A stretch of DNA of 61,310 nt, counting the filler, from Sphacelaria rigidula (Eukaryota), in the NCBI GenBank assembly GCA_964200075.2. It is 5 parts of 5 records of this genome, joined end to end, with 100 filler letters (N's around TTAATTAATTAA, not from the genome) between each part and the next. Parts side by side here need not be neighbours in the genome. Positions count along the whole stretch, not along the records: positions 12,285 to 24,467 come from CAXNAA020004031.1; positions 24,568 to 36,748 come from CAXNAA020004032.1; 3 more parts are not named here. One strand, written 5' to 3'. Shown here piece after piece: positions 13,881 through 25,649 of this stretch (the stretch's first letter is position 1; each line of letters opens with the position of its first letter). Position numbers and translations under genes: made by a program. The notes beneath the pieces were generated by a model. It ran no database searches. It was not told the origin of the DNA and saw only the letters and a program-made list of their open reading frames with translations.

Positions 13881-14544
13881 AAAAACATGAAATTTTGGGA
13901 AAACATCTGAATGAAAAAATGCGGTATGTGTACCCAGGGAAAAAAAAATAATCAGGAAAATGACTAAGCATCAACACAATCAACCAACAACTTCAGGAGA
14001 GGGAGGGAGGGGCGGGTGTGGGCGGGTGGGGGCGAGTAGTGTTTGAGAGAAGACATCGTTTGCTTGAAGTTGTCTGCATCACAATACCCAACCCATGATT
14101 ACACATAGTTGCGCACAACGTAATACATGGACGCATGCATGCTCGTGTTCCAGAATCGACCGTTAGCAACACCGTTCAAACGAAAACGCTGCGGATGCAT
14201 ACCATACAAGGCATAGGCGGGAGGCACTGCAACACCCTAACGATATCGGCCATAAAGGTGCGAAACAAGAGGTGGGAAGAGCACATGGTTGCCATTCACT
14301 GGAGGAAATCAAGCGATGAATCTTGCCCAAGAAAACGTCAATTGTAAATCGTCACTTTTCCAACAACGGTTCCGAAAGGGTTAAACACGACGAAATTTTG
14401 ACATACATGCGACGGCAGAGCCAGTACTCCACCTTGGAAGTAGCGACACCGTACAACCAGTCGCCAGTCTTACTCTTTACCATGCCTGTCTCGCATCGTT
14501 TCCTTCACACACTGGATGATGACAGTAAACTGCATTAAAACGAA

Positions 14545-14700
14545 GTGTACTGCGTACCGTGTCGACAATTTGCGTATTATGCAATAGACAACGAATTCCA
14601 TACCGTGCACAGTACACTTTCCAAAAACGTAATCTATTGTGCAGGGTGTGCTCCATGCTTTACTTTCTGCGTTTCTTTTTGTACAGACGCGATGCCCATA
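14545..14700 (+). repeat. Dispersed repeat family (other copies ~19440-19650, ~20860-21000, inverted ~22330-22500)
   Basis: Shared core GTACTGCGTAC(A/C)GT(A/G)TCGAC...CAGGGTGTG. Confidence 0.6.
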
Positions 14701-15404
14701 TATCGGGGTCGACATCGATTGAAGTGTTGATTTACAATGCGAAGTGAAAGCAGAGGAGGTACAGATGTATGCGTAGCATGCAAACACCTGCGTTCACCGC
14801 GGCAGAGTACTAAGGTCGCCGATTACCGTGTTGACCTCGATATTCTTCATTTTACCGCGGTAGATGACGTACTGTAGTCGTCCGGCTCTGTACCGTATCA
14901 CATCGCAGGATCGGAGTACCACATGCCATATTCCACAATCCGAACAACACTACGTGAACACATTGCCAACCTGTACCGTACCGTACCGCACTTAATCAGG
15001 ACAGCACACTGTGCACCGCGATGATGTTAAGATACCGCTAGAATTAAGATCAGTACCGTGCAGCCATTATCCGAAACCATGTCACCGAGGACAAACTCGA
15101 AGTACGAGGGGAAAAAAAAAATCAAATCGAAACAACAATAACGACTTGGAAAGCAAAAAAAACATATCACATCAAAATCACACACGAACACAACACCTTA
15201 ATTGACCGATGTGTACCGATTGATTGATGCTCTCACATTGACTCATCCCCTGCAAGTTCAGCTGTGGTCCAACGTGAAAAACGTAACGGGAAAAACAGTT
15301 TGCAATCCCCCACATACAGCAAACAAATCACACCTTCGTTGTCCCTCCCGATCATCCATCATCTACCATTTACCACCCACACCATCACCGTCCTTCTGTC
15401 TCAC

Positions 15405-18400
15405 CTCCTCGCACCCATACAATCTGCCCCTTTTTGAAGCGATCATCCCCGACACCCTTCCCTCCTTCACCCTGAAGATTCTCGCCTCCCATCACGACCG
15501 TTCCGCCCATGCCGTGCGCAACGCCTGCGCCAAAGCCCCCGCCGGCAACGCTACCGCTACCGCCGCTGTTGCTACCTGCGGGTGCCGTCTTCCCTGCCGT
15601 TTCGGCCGGATCCTCGAACTTCAAAGATCCAGAATCCGGCAATTGACCGGATTCGGAAGCCCGCCTGAGTTTTCTCGATAACTGGGGGAAAATTCATGAC
15701 ACATAAGCTGTGTTAGTTTCGCAAGAGAGGGGGGAGAAACACCATAGTGATTCTTGGGTTAAAAAAAAGGAAAAGACGCGAGCGAGCCTCGAGAGGTGGG
15801 GGAAGCGGGGGGATAGAAAACACGACTCCGAGTGAGGCGGTGAACACAGAGAGAAGGGAAAAGACATCAACGCAGTGCCTCGATGGGCGGATAGATGCCC
15901 ATGTCGGATTCGCTTATTTGTTACAATGTAGGAGGCTGATGAAGTAAGTCTGTACTGTGCTGTTCTGTTGCTGTGCCATGCGCCTGACACGAGCACGTCT
16001 TTCTAGGAGCTCATGCCCCTGGACCACCACCACGTCATGTACAGGTACTGCACATCTCATGCTAGTACCGTTGAGTGCCGGCGCCGGTTGCCTTATCGGT
16101 TGATTGATTGCTTGTCGTACACTATTAAAAGCGATCCCCTACGAATTTCGACGCGGTGACGAGATAAATAGCATCGATATCCTGGCAGGTGGCTCTACGA
16201 GGAGCCGTGTCACCTGTTTGTCTGTAGGCGCAGATGAAGCAGTACTCCTATAGCAGATGCAGGTGAGAATCCCCATCGTGTCCTTGGCTACAGAACCACC
16301 ATCATGTTGCGCTCGAACTACTCGGGAGATGTATCGAAACTACTGTTCCGAAAGTATCACAAACATCGCCATGATCGCAGCACTCCTTGATAAGGATATC
16401 CAACCGATAGGATACATTGCACCGTATCGCATCGGCGATGGAACACCAGTAATATTGCGAGTTTGATGTTGCCAGCTATACGAATGCGATATATGTGGGT
16501 CATTATCCATTGGATGATGACTCAATCATGGCGGGCTTGCACCCTCGCCCTCGTTCTTAGACGCGCCACCATCGAATTTTCAAGGCTCTTCACATGACCG
16601 GCACGCCTCATGTGTCTCATCAACAGCCCATCATCAAAATTGAGGATGGAGCTTTTCATTGAGGATGAGAACCCAGAGGACCAAAATATTGGTATCCACA
16701 CCCAATCTTCGAAATATGGTTCCATTCCTTCAACTCCTGGTAGCTATTGACAACTGCTACGCCCTACAAATTTGGATTTCGACAACCGAAAGGTTGGGGT
16801 CATAGATGAAGAAATAATGTGGGGGAATTCAGGTGATCCGATCGGATCGCCGAAACTCTCCGAAATTGGTTTCACCTGGGACCCGAATATTTGGGTCATC
16901 GAAATCCAAGTTTGTGTGGCGTGTAGTACTTGTCAATAGCCACCAGTATGTGAAGAAATGCAAGGGTCGGACAGTTTGATGATTCGTCTGGAAATTACTT
17001 GATTTTAGTGTAATTGATTAATACCGTACGAATCAATCCTTGGGCCTTGTTTTCAGCGTTGCAACTCAGGTACGCGCAGCTCAGGCACGCGGAATGGCGG
17101 AAAAGTTGGGTAGAGATCTTTTTAACCAGCGGTCGACTTTTTTCACATATTTCGAGCGATCAGGCCTAAGAAATCGTGGATTTGATGATTCGAACCGGCG
17201 ATGATTCGTCCGAACCGTGAAGGAATGGGATCATATTTCGAAGATTTTGCGCGGATACGAAGGTTGTAATCCTTCGGGTTCTTATCCTCAATGAAAAGCT
17301 CCATCCTCAATTTCGATGATCGGCTGTTTATTGGCGTGCTCATGTTCCTCGACTGATTCAAATTCAAACATGATCACTTGAGGTTTTTACGTTGTTGTGC
17401 GGTTCCAAGATAGGAGATACTCGCGAGATATCTCCACTAGTGCTGTCCAGTTCAAAGATACCCCTGTATGTCTTTTTCCGAGGACAGGGCGAATCACGCG
17501 TTTCTACATACAGACCGGGCTGGATCCACAGAGTCGCGTCGCCATGTCAATAGCTCTTCATCGGTGAGATTCGTGTCTTTTCACGGCAACAAAAAAAAAA
17601 TCGCTTCGGAATGAAAAGTGCCGCTTTACTTACTCATGTTTCCATTGGGCACAATCATGCTACGTTTCGGAGAAATCATGTTCAAGTCCAGTAGAATAGA
17701 TGTTCCGCTTCGTGGAAATCATGTGCAGGTCCGGTGAATTCATATCACGTTTCGGGGCAGTCTTGTTCAGCTTCAGAGAAAAAAAACGCTCCGATTCGCA
17801 TGAAACCTTGTTCAGGTTCGGTATATTCATGATACGTTTCGGGAAAATCATGTTCAAGTTCAGCAAAATGCACGTTTCGGTTCGTGGAAATGATGTTCCG
17901 GTCCGGTGAACTCATATCCCCGTTCGGGTCATCGTTTACGCGTTTCATGGTTCACAGATGCAAGATCAGGCGGAATTACGCGCGTTTATTCCTGGTTCGA
18001 ATGTTGCCAGATCCCAATCGCGAAATACCGGCGAGATTATATGCACCGCGCCCCGATGGTCTAATGGTTCGACTCTCACTCGACTGTCACCATGAGGGTG
18101 GAGAGAACGTGGGTTCTATTCCCGACGCGTTGGAATTTTTCTTCGATATATCTGGTCTCCGCCGTCCAAACCGTGGGTACGCGAGTAAACAAGAAATAGT
18201 TGACTGAGTTTGTCTGACGAGAGTGGACGCGGTGCGGGAGTGCTGATAGTCATGACCCAATCCGCGGGACCAAACTGCGAGGCGTGTACCAGGGAGAGAT
18301 GGGCCGATCCCTTGAGGAAGGGGAGGGGTTCAAAGTGCGGTAAAAAAAAAAAAAACAGCGGATAGACTACGCCGATCTGCCGAAGTGTGTGATATCGTCA

Positions 18401-20680
18401 AGTTCACTCCGGGCGCAAGACTACGTGCCAGGCATGCATACGATCAAGCGTGCCCTTGTACACCCCCACGCTATTCGCACACAGATTTCAGCAGGCACGG
18501 CCACGATAAACCCTGTGTTTCTACGCAACTGTTTTGGCCTCATCTTGCCATGTGGCAGAGGCCGGCCACTTTTGTCTCTTCTTCTTTTGTCCTCATCAAA
18601 ATTTTAAAAAATACGTATTTTTCTTTTGCTTAGGCCAACTCTTATGGGAGCCGTTCAAAATTCCTGTCAAAAACTGCCTTTTGGGCCCTTCTCCGTCGAT
18701 GTACGCCCGAAAAAAGAGGGCTAGGCGGATGTTGACGCCTTGGAGTGACTTCCTCCACTCAATGAGACCGTTCAAGGGCAACTTTGCATTTCCCACTGGC
18801 CGCACTCTTGTTTTTGGCCAAATCAGGCCAAACACGGATTTTCAGTAGAAAACGGCCAGGTGATCAAAATTTCCCCCTGTTCTTTTATCGCTTGACCGTT
18901 TTTCATCGAAAATCCGTGTTTGGCCAAAAATGAAAAGTGCGGCCGGCGGGAAATGCAATGTTGCCCTGTAACGGTCTCATTGAGTAGAGCAAGTCGTTCC
19001 AAGGCGTCAACATCCGCCCAGCCCTCTCTTCAGGCGTAAAACGACGAAGAAGGGCCAAGAAGGCAGTTCTGAACAGAAATTTTGAACGACTCCCATTAGA
19101 GTCGGTCTTAGTCCACTCGGTTTGTCTGCCTCACCTATTCTGTTTTTTTTTCTCATTTGCTTCTCTTCAGGGAGTGCTTCAGTGTCGTTTTGTCTCGGGT
19201 ACGTCTATCATGCGGATAATGACCCCGGCTGGATCATGACTACCTGGGGGAGCAGCCAAAGCGCGCCAATCTGTCAAATCACTTCAAATCGATCGCGTGA
19301 GGGTGCGCAACGCGGTATCCTTTGGTGATACATCCTCCTCGTAATGATGTGCTTGCATACTTGATATTCTCCAATGCCGTGCTCGAAATCTTTGCAACGC
19401 TTATGCTTCCATCTCACCAACAGTAGCACGCGTCTCGATTGTTTTTGCCCAATACGACGTTTCACACACTGGACAATAGAATACACAGTCAAAAACTGTA
19501 CCGCGTACAGTATCGACTATTACGCCTATTGCGATAGAAAATAGATTCTATGCTATGTGCAGTACAGTTTTCAACAATAGAATCTCTTGTCCAGGGTGTG
19601 CTACGTTTTTACACTCCATGTTCCAATATATCCGCTTCATACCCAATTTTCATTCACCAGCATTCACCCGCCTCATACTAGGTTTTATGGCCGTCACCTA
19701 TTTTGATCTGTACACAGATGGCGGGACCTCAAATCGGTAAATGTCTTTTATGGACCCCTACATGGCCCAGATCGGGATTCCTCGTCGATCTTCCCCGACT
19801 TGGGCTCCAATCGGGAAAAAATGAGGTCAAAACCGATATGTATGAAGGTGACGTACGTACAGTGACGTACTATGAGAGGGCAACAGGCGTTTGATATTTT
19901 TGAAACCGCAGCAGCAGAGAGTCTCGTGATAGCACAGGTGGTGCCTGCCCGCGTCAGTTGCTGGAGCAGCTTCGCACGGGGTTTGACGAAACGGAAAGAA
20001 GTGTTAACGCCGTTACCCTGCGGCGATGGTAATATGTTTTAGTCCACTGCACTGCCATATGGTATCACCGATCTGTATTATCCTACTCTGTTATATCTTA
20101 GTACTTTCAGGGTGATGTACGGCACTGCCCTGATACTGAACGCTTCTCGCACACTGTTCGCTGTTCTCGCAGTACGCTGACTGTACCATCATGTACTGCG
20201 ATGATGGAGGGTAGTACTGCACACGGCGTTATTGTGTACCACGGTACGGCACTGTACTCTGAGGATGATTTACTGCCTGCCTGCTCTTCGGCTCCACTGG
20301 TGCGCAATACCACACCCATGCAAAAAATGACTGTCCGTGTACAGAACTCCTCCACAAATTTGTGAGATCATCAAATAATCTGCACGGATCTGAATTTTGC
20401 AAACATGATTCCCCCCCCATTTTGCACAGATTGGGGTCTCCACAGAATCGATACTCGTCCTCATAACAACTAGTGTTACACTGTGCTTCCCTCCGCCCGA
20501 TTCCGTGTTTCCATCTTCCCAATGTGATCCCCCAACGTTGTGCATGTTTTCCTATAAGCATACTTCATCCACACTCACGTCGACTCTTGTCATGCCCACG
20601 GTAACCTCCACCCCCCAGCAGCGAACCAGTCTTCTCAAGTCCGCGGCCCTCAAGTTTGCCGAGCTTGCTTCGCCCACTGG
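15405..20680 (-). CDS. Partial gene: SAP/HeH-like motif + Gly-rich linker + start of a Tudor/PWWP-like domain
   Basis: Exon 20680-20579 (cag|...|gtgagt, phase 0-0) joins exon 15681-15405 (cccccag|...G|gtgaga). The junction reads NLRAADLRRLVRCWGVEVTVGMTRVD|LSRKLRRA and the second exon ends FKKGQIVWVRG. Confidence 0.55.
16622..17328. mobile_element. Foldback MITE family B (long TIRs ~165 bp) interrupted by MITE A
   Basis: Left AACAGCCCATCATCAAAATTGAGGATGGAGC... is inverted at the right end ...CCATCCTCAATTTCGATGATCGGCTGTT. Further copies at 39963-40427 and 61233-61310. Confidence 0.75.
16961..17219 (-). mobile_element. hAT-type MITE family A, complete copy
   Basis: Imperfect TIRs CAAGGGTCGGAC / CACGGTTCGGAC; 8-bp TSD AAGAAATG/AAGGAATG. 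Confidence 0.85.
17630..17955. repeat. Degenerate tandem repeat (GAAATCATGTTCAAGT / GTTTCGG units)
   Basis: ~17660-17760 recurs at ~17835-17930. Confidence 0.55.
18045..18356 (+). mobile_element. tRNA-derived SINE family 1
   Basis: A box TGGTCTAATGG, B box GGTTCTATTCC, conserved body, 3' end GGGGTTCAAAGTGCG plus poly(A). Four copies in the window. Confidence 0.8.
18633..19107. mobile_element. PIF/Harbinger-like foldback MITE family C (475 bp, TIR arms ~230 bp)
   Basis: The whole element is an imperfect palindrome with termini GGCCAACTC/GAGTCGGTC flanked by TTA on both sides (3-bp TWA TSD). Confidence 0.75.
19115..19330 (-). mobile_element. LINE fragment
   Basis: Similar to ~44560-44730 of the LINE in contig 4 (GGGTACGTCTATCATG...CTGGGGG). 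Confidence 0.55.
19890..20230 (+). repeat. Dispersed repeat; second copy ~60400-60690
   Basis: Shared TTTTGAAAC..CAGCAG...GAAAGAAGTGTT..GCGGCGATG segments. Confidence 0.5.
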
Positions 20681-23554
20681 CTGGTGAAGCACGCACACTC
20701 CATGCTGTTTTAGTGGCGTAACATTTGTTTTTTGTAACATGTTGAAAAGAGGGAAAAGGAGAGAGAGAGGGATGAGGGATGAGGGAATACCGACCACCGA
20801 TCGGGTAAGCCAGCAGGCGGACGAAAACACTTCATGTCAATTTCGTGAATAGTGCACACCCTGGACAGTGGATTAGACTGTCAAAAAGTGTACTGCGTAC
20901 AGTATCGACTATTGCGTCCAATGTAATCAAAAATAGATCCCATACTGTACGGAGTACATTTTTTGACGATGTAATCTTTTGTTCAGGGTGTGGTATATTA
21001 GCGTACATCCTTGATCCTCAAACCGCCCAATATACACGCGGCAAGATATCGTCCCCCCGAACGTTCCGGGGAAAGCTCCTGTGGAAACGGATGTCCCTTC
21101 ACTTTGGGTCATCATCCATTTCCGCCACGAGAGTATCGTCATACTCCAAGGAGAGGTGCTGCCCATCTGGACTGTCCTCTCCACCCTTTTCTCACTTTGC
21201 ACCCGAGTCTGCCTCCACTTCCGCACGCACAAAATAAGGAACACACACAGTCAACCTCGTTCGAGAGGTCCTCCTCCAATCTCCGCGAGGCACGTGGATG
21301 CTGCTCCCAAGTGTTACAAGGGATGGGTGTCACCATTTACCAATCTCGCTGTCGACAGGAAACATAACATACCGTGACATGAGGCAACACACAGTAATAC
21401 AACACATACCGCTACACATCCACGATGGTTGACGCGAGGCGCCGGGAAGGATTTTAAACCAAACAGATACCATCCCTCCCCCCCCCCACATCAGCCAGGT
21501 CAACCATAACAAAATTGTATACGGTGTGAACATGGGGTATGTAACCCTCCCCAAGAAGTACAAAGCCTTGAATGAAGTATTGGAAGAATCATCGCGAGTT
21601 GAATCACCCAAATCTACTACTTTTGAGGCTTGACAGCTCGAAAGAGAGCAGAAAAAAAGACTGCGGGTCAGAAAAATTCTCCTAGCAATTTTCGCGCCAA
21701 GCCACGTGCCTGGGGTGCAACGCTGAGAATGAAGTCCAGGGATTGATTCGTACGGATTACACCGAAAGCCAGCAAGTCCCAGATGGAGCATTATTCCTCC
21801 GCTGCGCAGAATTCGAGTTGCCTGTTAGCTCTCGGAGGAGGGGTTAGGGTTAGGGTTTCAGGGGGTACACGAGAGAGGGAGACGGGCGCTGCGGCCACAG
21901 TACTCCTACACTACAGTGTGTGCACACCGCTACAGAAACATGCAGTAGACTGTGTTCAGTGGAGAGCGATGACACGCTGACTGTTGTTCACCACTGTTGA
22001 AAAAGGTTCGCATGATGTACGGCATGGACTAGCAAAACCAGCCGCGGCAGCAGGGGTGATAAAAAAGGAAGTACATATAGTTGAGATGATGTAACATTGC
22101 GCGAAGAGATCAAAAACACGCTCGAGTTCTGCCAGCCTTGCCCCAGGGGGGGGCACTGTCAGTTGAGAGTGATGGCACGCTGACTGTTCCATAAAGTTGT
22201 ATTCAGCGGCTCATGTACAAGATCGCAGAATGTAAGAGAAGAGGTACGGTTGAGACGGTGCGACATGCGGGTAAGAGAAACACAGTCAAGGTGCGCCAGC
22301 CTCACCCCAAAAAAAGCAGGACTGCTGCGAAGCATGGATACGAGGCCAGAATGTATGTTGTTCACACCCTGGACGAAGGATTGCATTGTCAACAAGTGTA
22401 CTGTGTACAATGTGGAATCTTTTGCAATAGGCGCAGTAGTCGATACTGTACGCAGTCCCCTTTTTGACTGTGTATTCTATTGTCCAGAGCATGATGTTGT
22501 TTACATCTATCGCAACACTGTCGGCTGCCAGCGTGCGCCACTTGCAAAGCACAACGAGCAATGTACCCACGAAAACTGAAAACTGCCACGATAATCCAAG
22601 ACATACATGCTGGCCCTGCACCTACTTGACTGCAGGATCAAAACCGGTCAGTGCTTCATAAGTACTTGTTTCTACACATACACATGCATTCCCGACAACC
22701 ACATGTTCATGAAAAAAAAAGCCTTTGTTATCATGGCGAAATAGCGGTTCTAAATCCCAAATGTGACTTGGTCTATCTCAGTCGGTGGGGGCGGGAGGGA
22801 CGGGGGGGAGGGGTTGCAGCCAAGGGTTAATGCGAGTACAAACGGCATCAGGTTTTCGAGTTTCGCAACAAAACTTTGTTGACATGTTCCTTGGACTACC
22901 CCGGGACGCAAGATTGCATTGCTCATTCATGTTTGAGGCGTTGTGTACCGGCTTCCGGGGGTCCCAGAGTAAAGACCCTCGGAAGCCGGTACAGAGCGGA
23001 GAAACTTCCAAAATATTTTTAAAACGCACACTTTTTTTTCTTCCAATTTCGGCCATTTGGGGGCATCAATATCTACAGAGCTACAAAATTTGAGGGTGAT
23101 CTGAGCGTTTCCAAGAGAGATATAAGGGAAACCGTAAGCAGGCTTTTTGGGTCTTTCGTGAGTATCATCAGTAGAAATCCAACGAAGTCAAAACCCCACA
23201 TCACCGAAATATCACGGTTTGGGGTATAAAATCGATTCCATAGTAACCGTCTCCAACTATGTTTGGGCCGTTACATTCCCGAGCTGATGGTGGTTACCAC
23301 GATTTGAAGCATGTGGAGATTGGGTCGAAATTAGGCTGGGAATTCGTATTTCAATTTCAGAACAATTTGGAGGGCCCTGATTGGTGGAGGAATCTTTTGC
23401 GCCCTAAACGCCACCGGTAAGGTCTCAGACAGAGTCCGGGTATGTCACCCTCTTCGTTTGTTAATTGTCGTCAATATGATACTACGTACGCAACAATTTT
23501 GGGTGATACGCGTGAGCCAGCCTGTGGATATAGATACATACTATCTGATAGTAT

Positions 23555-23876
23555 GCCGCCGTGCCCGGGTGTTGTAAACCATGGTCCGACTGTCACCATT
23601 AGGGTGGAAAGAACGCGGGTTCGATTCCCGATGCGTTGGATTTTTCTTCGGGGTATCTGATTTCCGCCGTCGGAAGCGTGAGTAAACGAGTAAACAGGGA
23701 ATAGTTGACTGAGTTTGTCTGGCGAGAGTCAACGCCGTGGGGGAGTGCTGACCCAATCCGCGGGACCAGAATGCAAGGCGCGTACCGGGGAGAGATGGAT
23801 CGATCCCTTGACACCACGGACTCATCCCGAGTAAGGGGAGGGGTTCAAAGTGCGACAGGAAAACGAAAAGAAAAAT
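23555..23876 (+). mobile_element. tRNA-derived SINE family 1
   Basis: B box GGTTCGATTCC; same body and 3' end as 18045-18356; A-rich tail. Confidence 0.8.
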
Positions 23877-24294
23877 ACTCTTGGCGTTTCCTCCACAGTG
23901 GTGAGTTAACGCGTGATACTGCAAGAGCTAGGCGTTAACCTTTCACAGGATCTCTCTGTATTAATGATGATATACGTGATACACTGGCACCAAAGTGGTG
24001 AGCGCGGGCGATAGATGAAAGCACCCACACCTCTATATTGTTTGCAGGGGCAACTGCCAAGACACTCAGTAACACCTGACAACTATCGATATGAGCAGCA
24101 GCATCGTGACACCATTTCGTCCCTGCCGCCATTCGTGACACTGCATGACACCCGGACGTGACGAATGTTTGTGGTCTGATTATACATCACCCATACATCA
24201 CCTAGGGTAGTAATCGACATGTCTCCCAATACAACAGTACTGTAGATGATAGCATGGTCCCAACAATAGGCGAAAATCCACTACCCTATGGGGG

Positions 24295-24360
24295 GCTTAC
24301 TCATTTCTTGCTTGCCTTAGTTGTTTGACCATTGACCACGCATCCCTTTCGAGACGGAGC
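24295..24360 (-). mobile_element. LINE 3' terminal fragment
   Basis: Matches 44175-44232 (TTGCTTGCCTTAGT..TTTGACCATTGACCACGC.TCCCTTTCGAGACG). Confidence 0.7.
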
Positions 24361-24467
24361 ATAGGGTTCGGGTTCGGGTTAGGGTACCCTATGGGGGGGG
24401 GGGGGGGGGGGGGGGCAACCGGGGGGGGGGTTTTTGGGGGGTGGGGGTTGTACGGGGGGGACGGGGG

Positions 24468-24567
24468 NNNNNNNNNNNNNNNNNNNNNNNNNNNNNNNNN
24501 NNNNNNNNNNNTTAATTAATTAANNNNNNNNNNNNNNNNNNNNNNNNNNNNNNNNNNNNNNNNNNNN
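24468..24567. other. Artificial contig linker
   Basis: N44-TTAATTAATTAA-N44. Confidence 0.99.
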
Positions 24568-24633
24568 CACCCACATACACCGAAAGGTGTAGACTGGTGC
24601 CCAGAATAAATGGGACGACAACACACACACACA
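24568..24633 (+). mobile_element. SINE family 2, 3' end with (CA)n tail
   Basis: Closely matches the reverse complement of 55095-55165 (GGTGTAGACTGG...ATGGGACGACAACACACAC). Confidence 0.7.
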
Positions 24634-25331
24634 GTACACCGGAGTGACAGTCTCAGGAAGGGGGTCCGCCAGTGACATATATGAGCGGACTCGAAACGTT
24701 CAAACCTCTGAAAACTAGATCTGCGGTAACTTAGGCAACGAGGTCTCCGGTAGAAAGAGCTCGGAATAATATAGCTACCGCATGAACCCTGGTTGACCGT
24801 TCAGGGTACCACCGTACCGACTCAGACAGTTGTTCTTCTTGCCTATCATCGGCCACGGCCGAATCCTTGTCCCAAACGACACGAGGGAAAATTACGCCTC
24901 GCTTCGGAGATCCTTCGAGCGAGGCACAACAACGTTCTTCTGTGGAACCCGTAACTCTATCACCTCACTCCCAGCGAAGCCTAGTTCACGTCACGAAGAA
25001 GTTGCAAGACGAACAGTTCAGGCGCCCAGTACTGTACCTATCTATGCTCGCGGTCAAAGGTTTAATATGGGCAACAGGTGGAATAAATCGATCAACTGAT
25101 ATTCGTCGTGACAACACCTGGCGTGAATTTACCTCTAAAGATGGAGCGAATGCTTTGCGAAATTTCCACTTGGTGGTCGTGTTTGCTTCCGTTTCAGATG
25201 TTTTTCACCGCTTGTTTAGGTGCTGGGTGCTGTTGCGGGATGTGCATCGTGTTTTGGCGCTGAAGAAACACTCGTGATACAAGAACTATTAAGTGTATCG
25301 GCATGTAGTTGATGTGCGGCGAAATTGATTC

Positions 25332-25551
25332 TGTGACGCCAGCCAGAAGACGGACTGGTGGATCACTGCTGTTGAGAGACTCCCCAGTCTTACTGGCCTC
25401 AGTTTCAGTTGTCAGCCTTTACAACATTCTCTTTATTCAGAAGTACCCTCGTAGGCACGACCTCCTAGACACGCCAGGGCATCAACCTAGTGTCCCCGGT
25501 ATCATCCAGATTATCACTACCAACTCAACGTAACAGCGTAATTTCGTCACA
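25332..25551 (-). repeat. 3' LTR (220 bp)
   Basis: TGTGACG...CGTCACA inverted termini; AATAAA on the minus strand; G-rich PPT-like tract just inside. Confidence 0.9.
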
Positions 25552-25649
25552 GAACCCCCAAAGCGCGTTGGACGAAAATCGGTCAACAAGCTTGACACAT
25601 AGAAAACGCCAAAACGATGAGTGAGTCACAACTGAATACCAAACTCACT

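Noticed and set aside
18045..18135. tRNA gene (also 23555-23640, 49645-49740, 55390-55470)
   Set aside because: A/B boxes are present but there is no proper cloverleaf; most are attached to multi-copy SINE bodies with tails.
24393..24467. G-rich tracts as functional G-quadruplexes (also 12296-12346)
   Set aside because: Located at contig ends where poly-G tracts break short-read assemblies; sequence reliability is low.
24568..24640. LTR 3' end (AATAAA...TGACA)
   Set aside because: The sequence matches the 3' end of SINE family 2.
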